Source: Raja brachyura (Eukaryota). Taken from it: 64,000 nt of DNA. Below the pieces are notes generated by a model, which was given only the letters and a program-made list of their open reading frames with translations, made no database searches and was not told the origin of the DNA. Every line of letters begins with the position of its first letter. Position 1 is the stretch's first letter. Of this stretch, positions 22,953 to 36,170 are shown in pieces. The stretch is from NCBI GenBank assembly GCA_963514005.1, contig OY740796.1, positions 14,198,001 through 14,262,000 of the forward strand, read 5' to 3'. A program made the translations under genes and the position numbers.

Positions 22953-25900
22953 TGGTGGTGGGAAGGGTTGATAAGAGCTGAGGTTATTGAAACGAAGAGT
23001 GTGTGAGAGCAAGTTGGTGGATCAGAAGAAGAGAGAAAGGATCAACAAAAGCAGGTTAGCGGAAATCAGAGGTGATATTCATGCCATTGGTTTGTAGACT
23101 ACTCGGGCAGAATATGAGGTGTTATTCCTCCAGCTTAGAATTAATTATTTTAATTGAACACACGTGGAAATAAATTTGTTTCACCTGGAAGAATGTGTTG
23201 ATAACTGTATGCCTCTCTCATTTATGATTTATTAGATATTTTCACTCATCAAGCTCCCCTGCCTTATTATAGTGCACTCAGTGGTGCAGGTTACCAGATT
23301 ACTTGCTGCCATCTACTGGTGGTTCATAATAAATCATGCAGTTGAATGACCCAGAAGAAACAAGGAAAGGTTGGTTTACAAAAAAAAAGGGACACAAAGT
23401 GTTGGTGTAGTTCAGAACGGTGGGTGGAATTAAGTTTAATAGTCACTTTTCAAAAGGGAATTGGATATATTTAAAAAGGAGGGGAAAAAAGCAAATTTAT
23501 CAGGAACGAGGAAAGGGACAGATTCTGAGATGAATACTTATGTCAGAAAGCCAACATGATGGGTCAAACATTACGCCTTTTATGACTTCTACCATTACAT
23601 AGGAATTGAGAGGAAAGTCATTACCCAGTTAGTGATATAATAGCACTTGTTATCTTGGAGAATGATTGAAGTAAGTAATAAAGATGCATCTAAGGCGAGG
23701 CTGGACAAGATGCAGGAAAAAATGAAATGAAGGGTTTACATTGGGTGAAAGGAAAGACTTTGCTCTGCAGAACTTAAACTAAGTGAGGCATCCGTAGGTT
23801 TAATGCGATCAAGGCGAGCTTGGAGACTTTTCAAGCAAAAGGATTTTTTTTTTTTAAAGCATTTTTCTCAATTTTGAATTGTTTCCTGTGGAATTGCAAG
23901 CTTGGCATCGAGGCAACCACAGCCAAATGGAGAAGTAGGGAGGTGGGGGGGGGGGGTAGGACGGTCTGGCTCACACCAGTGTGACATTTTAGACTGCTTG
24001 TGGGAAGTAAATTGTCCTTGGTGTGTCAGACAGTGCTGGTCGGTGCAGACTCGGTGGGCTGAAGGGCCTATTTCTGTGCTGTATCTCTAAAGTAAATTAA
24101 GCCTCCCTTTGCCAGAGAGTCCCATAAAGGCATTAATTAAACTGTTGCATTGGCCTGAACTTGGAAAGTAGTGGTTCTGTAATGTTGTATACTTCCTAGT
24201 TCCATTTATTGATTTATTTATTTATTGTGCTAGGCAGATATTTTCACATAGATAATGTCTTGATTCTGTACCAGTAAGGCTATGGACACTTCAATACTAC
24301 GCATATTGCACAAGCAGGACTGCAAACAGTGGTTGAAATTCCAATTTGTAATAGAATGGAAATGGTATGAAGCAATTTTAGTGATGGAAAAGATATTGTG
24401 TCCAAACTTCAGTTTAGGTTTCTTGTGTAAATGTTGGAGAGCAGTTGGGTTTAGAATTAGCCACTGATCATAAGTTCACAAGACACACAAAATGCGGGAG
24501 TAACTCAGCGGGTCAGGCAGCATCTCTGGAGAGAAAGAATGGGTGTCATTTCGGGTTGAGACCCTGCTTCAGACTGTTCCGCTGAGTCACTCCAGCATTT
24601 TGTGTCTATCTTTGGTTCCTTCCTACACATAAGATAACAAGACATTAGGGCAGAATTAGGCCATTCGGCCCATCAAGTCTGCTCCGCTATTCGATTGTGG
24701 CTAATCTATTTTTCCCGCTCAACCCTATTCTGCCTTCTCCCTGTAACATTTGACACTTACTAATCAAGAAGCTATAATTTTCCGATAGTATTTGATAAAG
24801 TGTTTGGAACTGGTTTGTAAGATTTGGAAGATTTGATGTTTTTTGTGGAGGTTGAATAAATGGCTTCAGCTTTAACTGGTCCCCCTCCTCCGGATGGCAC
24901 TCTACCCTCTTTACACCTTTTTATTTCCAACTGTTGGCGGGACATCAACCGTCTTAAAAAAAGAAGGGTCTCGACCCGAAACGTCACCCATTCCTTCTCT
25001 CCAGAGATGCTGCCTATCCAGCTGAGTTACGACAACATTTTGTGTCTACCTTCGATTTAAACCAGCATCTGCAGTTCTTTCCGACATGGCTTGAGCTTTA
25101 AGTTGAGTGGAAAAATGTCTTGCTCTCCCAGTGGTGCGTGTTGGACAGTCGTTGTGACAGATTAGCAGCAGTGGAATAATTGGCAGATGCGATAATCAGG
25201 TGGAGTTGGATATTCGTGGGGAATCTAACTGTCCAGACTATGCTGGTAAGTGCTTGAGTCCCGAACATTTACCTATTTAGAAATCAGCAGTCTGGTGTCT
25301 TTCATGCACATCAATTCATTACACCAGTCCCTTCTGCTGCTTGTTTTGATGTGGCACTAAGTCGTGTAGAATCCTGCTGAGATTCCCCCAGCTTTTACTC
25401 TGAAGAATTGAACAGTTGGAATGCAAATAAGAAATAATGTTAAATTATTTATAAGCCAATGGGTGCTTTTAATTTTTTTTTAATATTGTAAAGCCATGCA
25501 TGTCATTTTTTATATTTCTGAATGTCAGAAACATTGACCTTTGCAGAACCTGTTAGCTTTTACTGCCGGCAGAATTTTAAGGGGCAGTTTGAGGCGCTGC
25601 CTCAGTGCACTGCTGAAGGTCCTACTGCTACTTAAGCCACAACCATGGATTCTAGGACACTCTGAGCCTGCCGCATTAGGACAGGGTTGGGGCTGTGTGT
25701 GTGGGGGATGGTGGTGATGTTAGGGCAGTAGCTGAATGCAGGAAACATGACGATGATCTCAGGGTATTCATCTATGAGGTCCTGAAGTGGCAGCTTCTGA
25801 CAATTACAGATCTGTACAGCCTAATGTTAAAATAGACCACTACCCCTGCATGTATTGACACAAAGGTGTTGTGGTGGGTAACAGGCTGCAAGGTGAAGAA

Positions 25901-27190
25901 ACCTTCATTGAAATGGGATATTGTGCTCGGTATGGAAAAGGGGGCATTTCTTTGTAATGTTATTGCCCTCTGGTGGTGTGATATAGAAATTGTTTTTGAA
26001 AGCAATGAAATGTTTTCTATTTTATCACTCTGTTCTTGCTGTACAGTATGCAGCAAATAATGTGTTATTTTGTGTACCTTTTAATAATTGACCATTGTCA
26101 TTCTGTGCTCTATAATCAATGCAATTCTGTGCCTTTTCATCATTTTATGTAATTCCACAAACAAATGACAGACATAAAATACTTTTAAATGTAGGCCCCA
26201 TTGTAATATTCTCAAGCTCTTATCTCCAATGTGTGTGTGTGTGCAGTCAAGTCCAGATTGTTTTTTATGGTTCTATTGCTTTGATAAATATTGTCCTGGA
26301 CTAGTTTGAGTGGTTACATGGCTTTCGCAAAACTAAACCGATATATTACCCCAAAGATAGACACAAAGTGCTGGAGTAACTCAGCGGGTCAGGCAGCATC
26401 TCTGGAGAAAAAGGATCGGTGACGTTTCAGGTCAAGACCCTTCTTCAGACTGAAGCCCGAAATGTCACCCATCTTTTTTTCTCCAGAGATGGTGCATGTT
26501 AATCAGTCGTTGTGACAGATTGTTGGCAAAGGAGTAATTGATAGGTGTGATGGTCAGGTAGAGTTGCAAATCTTTGGTATATCTATGGAATCTAGTTGCC
26601 CAGACCCTGTAGGTAAGTCCTCGATTCCCAAACATTTGCCTGTTTTAACATCACCAGCCTGGGGTCTTTCACGCACATCAAATCATTATACCCGTCCCTT
26701 CCGCTGCTTGTTTTGATGGCACCAAGTCATATAGATGAATCTTGCTGAGACTTCCCCAGCATTGACTTCATTTTATATTATCTCATTTTATTCGTGTCCG
26801 TTCAAAGAGGACAGTTCCAATAGCATAATGCTCCCTCGACACTACATTGTGATATTCGGCTAAAGTGTATGGCTGTCTGATATTTTAACCCGGAAACAAG
26901 GTACCAATACTAAATAAAGACTAAAAAAGTTGCACATTAGTGTGACTTTGCAGGAAGATAGACACAAAATGCTGGAGTAACTCAGCAGGTCAGGCAGCAT
27001 CTCTGGAGAAAAGGAATAGGTGATGTTTCGGGTCGAGACCCATGGTACAGTTTGATACTAAAAGGAAGAAGAGAGCATTTTATTTGATTTGTAAAAGATC
27101 CAAGAATCAGTAAACAAAACAGAACTTTAAAGCCACATCAGTAAAACTAAAGAACTAATTTTGTTTTGGCTTTGGCTTCGTTTTTTTTAG

Positions 27191-27296
27191 CCCAGAGTCA
27201 GTGGAAGCTAGCCCTGCGGTTGCTGAGAAGAACAGCTACGCAAATCACAACTATGGAAGTGCACAACATCATGGATACCGAGGTCTGCCATATGCA
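27191..27296 (+). CDS. SETD5: SETD5 coding exon 2 ([35 protein letters not shown])
   Basis: tttttag| acceptor, GCA|gtgagt donor, 106 nt. Phase continues exon 1; [10 protein letters not shown] and GLPYA are family motifs. Confidence 0.95.
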
Positions 27297-27589
27297 GTGA
27301 GTAATCAAGCCCTGTTTCACCAGCAACTATGCTATGTGTACATTCTGTTCTGGCAGGTTTAAATCAAAATGGCATGCACCTGAAAGAGTAATTTCCTCCA
27401 AATAACCATATTGGTCCTTGAACTTACACATATGATGTAGTTAACCTTGTGTGAGATTACTGGAAAGATTTACGGGTATAAACCAGCCATGTAGATTTAA
27501 CAAAAAAAGAAAATGAGTAGAAATTAAGGCCAGCTTGTGGGCACCAATATTTGGTAAGATACTGTTTTAGTATCTTTGTCTGTTTCTGT

Positions 27590-28275
27590 TTGCTATGTAT
27601 AGCAATGTCACAAAATTTTTGAGATTAAAAAAATCAAGTCTGCAATTTATCCCATCAGATAAAGCATACAAAGAAGTTTAATTTGACACCTAATTCACTT
27701 TCATATCTTCAGTCCGAAATTAGCATCTTGTTCCCCATTGCCTTTCCATTGACTTAACACAAAAGTTGTGATCGAGGACAGTCAAAAGCCCATAACTTTC
27801 TTAAAAATTAAGAGAACTGAAAGAAATTTTCAGTTATTATAGATTGAAGCATTCTGAAACTAATGTGAAACAATCTTACTTGGATGACCTGAAATTAAAG
27901 CATATGATCAGTTAGTTACCCAATTGTAGCTAATTACAACATTCAATTACTAGATCCAAACATCTATCCATTCCTTAAGAAGATATTAACTTTTTTAAAA
28001 AAGCCTACGTGTCCAAATAACATTCGCACAATAATTCACAATATAACATGATTTTTTAATCTCATTGTTATGAATTTATAGGCCAAATTGAAAGAATTTA
28101 GTGTTTAATGCGCATAAATTAATGGGCATTTTAAACAGCATGCGAGTGGGATTTCTGGAACGCGATGTATTGGAATGTTGCGGTTGTGGTGAATTTAAAC
28201 CCAATATCGGCAGGAAAACATTTGCCGGTTCATATGGGGACTAAATCACCGTTTCGCAACATGAAATATTGAAAC
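27590..28275. mobile_element. Probable non-autonomous DNA-transposon remnant, unclassified
   Basis: AT-rich block with transposon-like subterminal wording, abutting another repeat. Ends were not resolved. Confidence 0.3.
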
Positions 28276-29067
28276 TCCGCAGACCGCGGCTTCAGGATGT
28301 AACAGTCCGCGGGCTAGCGATCGGAACACTCACTTCTGCGACCCCCGGCAAGGGCTTGCCTGCACCGCAATGAAAAGTCCACGCTGTGCCCGCTGCTGAA
28401 ACTCCGGGCTCGACTCCGCTCCAATCCATGGTGTTAGGCCGCGAGGGAGGCGACATGGAAAAAGTCACCTCTCAGTGGAGGAGGCGACCAAAAGCGGTTC
28501 CCCCCTTTTCCCCACCTCAACACCCTCCACACAAGACACACCGAGAGACACTAAAACAAACGTTTGGACACATTAAAAACATTTTTTTTTTAAAGTAGAA
28601 ATAACGAACACGCTGCTGGCAGGGCAGCCGTCTTGCAGTGCCATCACCGACCAAAGAACTGCAGATGCTGGTTTAAATCGAAGGTAGACACAAATTGCTG
28701 GAGTAATTCAGCAGGACAGGCAGCATCTCTGGAGAAGGAGTGGGTGACGTTTTGTGTTGAGAACCTTCTTCAGTCTGAAGAAGGGTCTCGACCAGAAACG
28801 TCACCCATTCCTTTGGGTCTTCTTTTGGAGGAATAAAGCTAGCTAAATAGCTTGGAAACGTGGAGGAATTTGTAAATTCATATTCACAAGACATTAAAAA
28901 TAATGCCTCAGTGTGGATTTTGTCAGATGAAAGCGGAAGGAATATTGTGATTTATGGTAAGAGTTATTTAATATTAAAGTTGATTTGTAACGATGTCAGT
29001 GTAAAACATAAATAAAACGTATAGTGAGTATTTTGTGTGGCTTTGGGATGTGAGCATATTGTACCTT

Positions 29068-30887
29068 TGTGGCGTCAGCTGATGGTCAGACCACTTACGG
29101 TCGGACCCTTGTCAGTGGTTAATTGCTCACCATTGCTCACCAGTGGTTAATTGCTACATTGGTGACCTGCGACGATCCAAATTGGGATTTTGGATTTCTC
29201 CCGACGCAAGCAGCCTCGGGAGATCTGGTGTCTGCAGCCGACAACCCGGCCCTACCATAAGGTATGCCGCAGGCCGTCCAGATCGATGGGCACTGTCCGG
29301 GCCTTGTTTGACAGCCGCCAATCTCTCCCTCCCGGATCCGACCACTGGAGCTGAGAGGCCGCGGCTGCCGCCGCTCCACACCAGCTACTGCCCACCGGAG
29401 CTGAGAAGCCGCGGCTGCCATCGCTCCCCCACCAGCCGCTGTTCCCCCACAAGCTGCTGCAGGATCTCCGAATTTAGCAGCCCCCCGCCCCCAGCATCAT
29501 CGCCGCCCACCCCGGGAGCGGAGAGAGAGCGGGCCCGCCCATTACACCGCCGGCCGTTGCTCAAGGCCTAGCCTCCCGATCGAACGGGCCCACCTGCCCT
29601 TCTGCTCCTCACTGGCGCGAATTTCAAACATCCCCTGGCCGCTGGCTGCCCATCCGGTCGGGCTGTGGTCGGCCCAGGAGCAGGGTGGAGCCTCCCTCAG
29701 GCATGAGTCGGCGGTCCTGCGACGGATTCCCCTGCAGGTTCCAGTGCAGCCGGTCTCCGATGACACCGGCAACGGTGGGTGGAGTCCATACCTGCAGCGG
29801 TGGGTTGAGTCTCTTCATTGCCAGCCGCCTCAGCCTGCCACCAAAATGGCCGCCGCAATGACTGCAAAATGGCCGCCATGGCCAGCCAGAAGTGACGCTG
29901 GATCTGCAGTGCGGCCGTCGTCAACAGCGCCACCTCAGATCGGATGATGTCTCTACATCCTGACCGCCGGCAACAGCGCCACTTTAGGTCGGATGGTGTC
30001 ACTGCAACCTCCTGTTTTCCAGCACAGCTTCTCATCGAACATTGGATTCCTGAGCCATCCTGCACCATGGGCTATTTGCACTTCTAGTTTCCTACCACTA
30101 TTGGAATTGTTTGCTCACTGTAGTTTTTTTTTCTCTTCACTTTTTAGGGTTTAGCTATTAGTTCATTCTGTAATTTTTTTTTTTCTCTTCACTTTTCTGG
30201 GTTTAGCTATTAGTTTATACTTATTTCTTGGTTGTAATTTATTTGGTTTGCTTTGTTGCCGATGTCTCCCAGCTGTTGCTGGGTGCCGTATTTTTCGGGA
30301 CACTATCCACTGCTGGTCGATGAGATGCGACTGTCTCGTCCATCCTGTGGCTTTTGCATTGGTCTCCTCGCAGCCCTCAGCATACGGCAGAGATGGCACA
30401 CAGCCGGAGCGTCGACTGCGCCCGTGGGCCCACCATCCCGACCCACGGCCAGGGTGCCCCTGACCTATAGCAGGAGCTGCCCTCGACCATGCTTTCGCAC
30501 CTTGTAGAAGATTAGCGCGTTCTATTCCTTTTCGCCTGTGCATTTACGAGTTTTGGCTGCCGCATTTTGTTGGCCTGCTCGTTTTCCTTCCTCTGGTTCT
30601 GGTGGGGTCCTGTGGTGTCACTTGATGGTCACACCACTTGTGGTCGAACTCTCGTCAGTGGCTACGAGGGCTGTCACGTGATGTCATGGGTTAAGGGGAG
30701 TGTCCTGCTACATAAGCAAATCTCACCTTGAGATAGGGATTCGACAGGTAGCTGAGCTCAAGCCAACACCCTCGCTCAGCAGCAGCAACAATAACTGAAT
30801 ATGTTAGAGGACCAAACTTGCATGTACACCAACCATGTAACGTCTAAATTACTCAACTGTTTGTTCACCACGTTTGGTACCGCTACA
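29068..30887 (+). mobile_element. Non-autonomous LTR retroelement (Gypsy-like) with 91-bp 5' LTR and 277-bp 3' LTR
   Basis: TG...CA ends, 4-bp TSD CCTT (29064-67, 30888-91). Both LTRs start TGTGG and end GCTACA. PBS TGGTGACC..CGACG at 29160 and a G-rich PPT-like tract before 30611. Confidence 0.8.
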
Positions 30888-32344
30888 CCTTCAATGTAAA
30901 AGTGCAAAAGCATGTTGGTTAACTGATATTAAATCAGAAAATACTGCAGACACTCAGCACGCCAGGCAGCATCTGTGAGAAAAGAGAGTTAATGTTTGAA
31001 GTCAAAGATTTTTTCCAGAGCTTGGAAAGAGAAAATATGTTGATTTTTGACAAGACCTTGATCGAAAATGTTAACTCCATTTTTACTTTCATAGATGCTG
31101 CCTGACTGGCTAAGTGTTTTATTTCAGAGTTTTTCTCGTTCAACTGAGGTATCCATTCAAATTGTAGAGAAATATTTGGTATAAATGTTTAAAACAAAGG
31201 TATAGGAGAATTGGTAGTTTGTGGAGTTTAGGATGAAGAGGAAGGTGCTTCCACCACCAATAAGTACTAATGCACATTGGATAGTTAAATGTTACAAGTT
31301 CTACAGATGCCTTCTGTTTGATGTGATTGCTAGATATTTTCTTGTATAACCAAACAAAACAATAACAGCTCAAATAGATTTTTTTTTTAAGAGTAGGAGG
31401 AATTCCTCAAATATATTCATCATCCAGTATTCTGTATAATCTAGATCTATACCCCTAATTTTCTTCTGTTGTTCAGATTTTATTGAGGAATACCATGCAC
31501 ATTTTCCATTATTAGATCTGTTATTAGAATATAAACATTCTATCATTTATATTTTGTGCACTAATAATTAAAATAATGCTTCCTTTCCACTGAAGAGTTA
31601 AAATAATTAGCGATGGCATTTGAGTGAGTAGTTGAATGTTTTGGACCTCCAGAGTATGAGGTGGGGCTCTAATGTATTGATATTGATGCTGATCGGACAA
31701 TATGAATTTGTAATTTGGGAACTGAAATCAATTTTTAAATAAATCTGGAAATAAAAAGCACTGTTTCTGCTCCTGCATGTTACTGTGGTTCCTGTTTTAT
31801 AATGTTTTTTGGAGAACAAAAATGAGGAGCAAAAGGAGATGTGTGGGGCAACTCTTTTTTGCACAGGGTGGTGAGTGCCTGGAACACATTGTTAGGGTTT
31901 GTGATTGAGGCAGATACAATAGTGGTATTAAAGAGGCTTTTGGATAGGTATATGGTATATCAAAATGGATATATGGCAGGGAAAGGAGGGAAATGGATTA
32001 TGCGCAGATGATGGTTTTGGCATCATGTTTGGCACAGACATTGTGGACGAAGGGCGTGTTCTTTTGCTCACTCTTCTTGTGCTGCATTGTTCTATGTTCA
32101 ATAGCAGGACTCCTGCATTAAAAAGTGCAGTTTGGTTGTTGGGAAACTATCCAGGCAAAAGAAGGTAATTGCCATAAGCAAATTAGTAAGTACGGCATTC
32201 ATTCACTGTCACAAATAAAATAACTATGTGAACTACTATACAGACTAAAAATAGAGTCTTAACTTAAACCCCTTTCATTTTTATAAACTTTTGTTTGAGA
32301 AATATTGCAGATGCTAGAGAATGTACTGAAAATACTATGCAAGT

Positions 32345-32730
32345 CGACCTCATCCACGTCCGAGTCCAAGTCTACTTCCACGTCCATGTCCCCGCCGACC
32401 AGCAATCACCCCGCACACTAACACTATCCTCTGCACTAGGGACAATTTCCAATTGTTACCAAAGCCAGTTATTCTACAAACTGATACGTCTTTAGAATGT
32501 GGGAGGAAACCGGAGCACCCTGGTGAAACCTCGCGTGGTCACGGGGAGAATGTACAAACTCCGTACAGACAGCACCCGTAGTTGGGATTGAACCCAGGTC
32601 TCTGGTGCTATAAGGCAGCAACTTTAGTTTAGAGATACAGAGCGGAAACAACCCCTTTGGCGCACCTAGTCAGCACCGACCAGCACTGTAAGGCAGCAAA
32701 TCTACCTCTGCTTCACCGTGCCGCCCTATA
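32345..32730 (-). mobile_element. V-SINE (HE1-like); another copy at about 35750-35950
   Basis: GGGAGGAAACCGGAGCACCC V-domain on the + strand. tRNA B-box-like GGGTTCAATCCC on the minus strand. Confidence 0.75.
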
Positions 32731-35245
32731 AGCGTTTTTTTTGCATGTAACCTAGTTAAACCTTGTTGAAACTTCATCAGATATAAATTATGTTTTCCAC
32801 TGGAGATTTGCATTTACAAAAACTTGTTTTGCAAAGATGTCTACTCTGTACACAGATTTAATTAGAATTGATCCTATGGGTTTTAGCAACTCAATACACC
32901 ATAGCCTTCTGCAGGAAAGAATTCAACTTGATTAAATTGGTGTACCATGCTCAAGTATACATTTTCCTTTCCCTTCCAATTTCGCTGTATTATAACCATC
33001 AATAACATTGTTAAAAACAATATTTTTTGTTCTAATTCAAAGCAATCAGTTATGTTCCATTAGATTTAAGTGTGACTATGCCCAAAACATACTTATTATT
33101 CTTGGTAAATGCAGTTAAAATCCTTACGTAATGGTAGATATATACTACCACCACTGCGGTGTGGGGGGGGGGGGAAGGGAGGGGAGATAATTGTTCTTGA
33201 AAAGGTTTTCTCTGCCCGGGTTCAACCGGAACAAAATTCATTTAATTTTGATTACCGTATCATACGTTTTGCATTCATTTCAATACTTACTGCCTGTTGA
33301 AAAATGCAGCCTTATTTGAACTTTTCTCTGTTTTCTTTGCATTCTGGTTTCTTTTCTCTGCTTTTCTCTTATTCAGAAAAGCATAGAATTTTATGCATAG
33401 AAGGTTTGTCATGTTTACGACCATGCAGGGATTTCTACTCAACCTTCTTAACGCCATATCTCTTGCCTTTCTGTTTTTTGTTTTTTTTTTACTCACTGAT
33501 ATTTGTGAAACACTATTCTCCAGATAATGTAATTAAGTTGACTTGGAGCTTTCTATTTTACTAAAAAAACCATATTTAGCTTTTCTGACTAATCATTTAC
33601 AGCCTGATAAACAAATGGGTGTTATCTTTCACCTGCTACATTTCCATTTGTTAGGGGTTCTCTGTTCTTTGTGATCTGAGATCTGCCATATTGTATTCAC
33701 AAACATTTCAGTAGAAATTGAATAGTCATTAAATCATTTTCTAAAATCCTTTTAACTGCTTGTGTCAGTGGCTTCTATTGTTGGTGCAGCAGCTCCATAA
33801 TTCCATAACTAGCTGAGAGGATTCCTATACCTTTTGCCTTGTATCTTTGGGATCTATCCCCATAGGTAGTTTCCATAAGTACTAAATTAAGATGAGTGTT
33901 AAAGAAGGAACTGCAGATGCTGGAGAATCGAGGGTTACACAAAAAGCTGGAGAAACTCAGCGGGTGCAGCAGCATCTAAGGAGCGAAGGAGATGAGTGTT
34001 TGCTGGTGGAAAAAGACCCACCCTGCAGGGTTTTAAAGAGCTGATTTCCTCAAAATTGTTTATACTTTTTACCTGGATCTTAAAATAAAGGTCAGATTTC
34101 TGAATTCTTGCACCTCTCTACAGTTTCCATATGTTTGGTCAGAGAGGTATTTTTGGCTATTTCTCTTCATTATGAGAAAAAAAGCACGATTGAAATGAGA
34201 TATTTTCTGGAAGGAAATATCCCTCTTCTTGGTATATCATTTCAGTGCTGCATTCAGAGCACAGTTTAATAAGAAAACCTGGGTGGTTTGTTAGGTTTTG
34301 TAACCAGCTTTAATTTTAGTTAACAAATATGCTTAAAACTATTGCCTCAGAATATGGTGTTCTCTTCATGGTGAGTTTGTGTCTTGGCTCCAATATTTCC
34401 TCATGTTTCTTGGTGCCCAATTGCATATAGTCTCTACCCTGGGAACATTGTCTACATTTAGGAAATGATGAGCAGTTATTGGCTATAAAACACTTTAAAG
34501 GGGAAATAAAAAAATTCCAAAGAAATTGGATCAAACTAAAGTTAATGCATTAACATTAGATCAAAAGAAACATCTTGAGATAGAAAAATATTCAAATCTT
34601 GTAAATCTTCTTAAAATTAATTTTCTCTAACTTCAGAATATGCTGCAAAAAGCTTAGTTTATTACTTTTAAGGTGTCTCCCTGACCAACACTTCTGATCA
34701 CCAAGAAACTACACTCTAGTTATGTGTATTGGAACCATTATTTAGATTGATTGAATTGAAGGGAAAAAAATCAATCAAGTACATTTTTTCTTAAGGTTCT
34801 GTTCCTTTGTTTGGGCTTGCATAAAACCTATTTTCTTGATGAGATGGCTGATATTAGGAATGGTATATGTGGGGATTCCATCCACAATATTTATTTCTGA
34901 AAAAAGGAAGAAGGGAATTTTTTTTCCTACCAGTAATAAATGTTTGGAATATTTTGAAAAGAAATTGGTAACAATCATATATTGACTGCTACATGCAAAT
35001 AAGGAGTTTGTTTATACTGTTGTTGGAATTAGAATTTTTTATCACTGGATTGAAAAGCCAAAGGCAGGAGTAGCTAACTCATTGATACTTTATTTTCTGT
35101 TGTTTTTTTAAACTTATTTAATTTCCTAAAGATTGTAAATGTTCATGTGTGTGTGTATATGTATCTATCTATATATATATATATGTATCGATGTATTTAT
35201 ATATAATATTTGTTTAAAAGGACCATAATTTTGTTTTGTTTAAAG

Positions 35246-35457
35246 GACCATAACTATGGTGCTCCTCCTCCTCCTACACCCCCAGCTTCACCACCCGCAC
35301 AGACAATAATCGCCCGAGTTGAGTTGAATCGATTGCGTTGCCAGCGATATGATGACAATTCCGAGGATAGCGACAGTTCATCTGAGGACGAGAACCTTCC
35401 CTGGTGTCATTGTAGCTTAACCCAGGATGGTTTTATTATCACATGCGAGAACTGCAG
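35246..35457 (+). CDS. SETD5: SETD5 coding exon 3 (DHNYGAPPPPTPPASPPAQ...WCHCSLTQDGFIITCENCR): HCF-1-binding motif and half PHD
   Basis: In-frame translation inside ORF 35210..35473, donor CAG|gtacga, 212 nt. Confidence 0.93.
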
Positions 35458-36170
35458 GTACGAAATAAACTGAATGAACAGAATCATGTTTGGTGGCGCA
35501 CCAATTGAGTAGCATTAAATGCCAAGGTCAGCAACAGTTTGATTGAAGTTATTGCAATTTGTCTACCTGTGTTTGGAAATGGAATTCAGCATAATCCACA
35601 AGATGTGTTCATGATAACATTGAAAACAATTTCAAAATAATTCCTTTAATTTTAATATTTCCTCATGACGCAGAAGGAAGCTATTCAGCCCATTATCTAT
35701 GCCAACTCACAGACCTATTGTTTTTCACTAATTTTCCTTTTAACTTACCCCCGAATTCCCATCAACTCTACTCTCCTCCATAGGCCAATTAGACTCTTGG
35801 CTCACACGTCTTTGGGGTGTGGGAGGAAACCGGAGCACCCAGAGGAAAATCCTGTGGTTACATTGCATGCAAATGTATCAATGACAGCATTGGATGTTTG
35901 GATCGAACCCAGCTGCTTAAGCTGTGAGACAGCCGCTCTATTACATGCACTTATCGTATTATCCTAAATTTCCCAATGAAAATTTTAGCAATATTTAACA
36001 ATCCCATTTTATGTCTTTGATTTAGATTTTCAGGGTAACGTCTTAAAAATGTTTAAATGGTTTCTCATGAGCCTTTCGCAGATGCTATATTTATGCTGGT
36101 TTTAAGATACTCTGTCACAACTTTGGTTGTCAGTTACTCATTGTGTTGCTGTCTGCATTGACAATCACAG

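Noticed and set aside
25747-25799. Box C/D snoRNA or SECIS-like element
   Set aside because: Too short, imperfect C box, and an intronic position that does not fit a SECIS.
29137-30543. Cluster of overlapping ORFs as a nested gene
   Set aside because: These are stop-poor frames in the GC-rich interior of an LTR element, with no domain or splice support.
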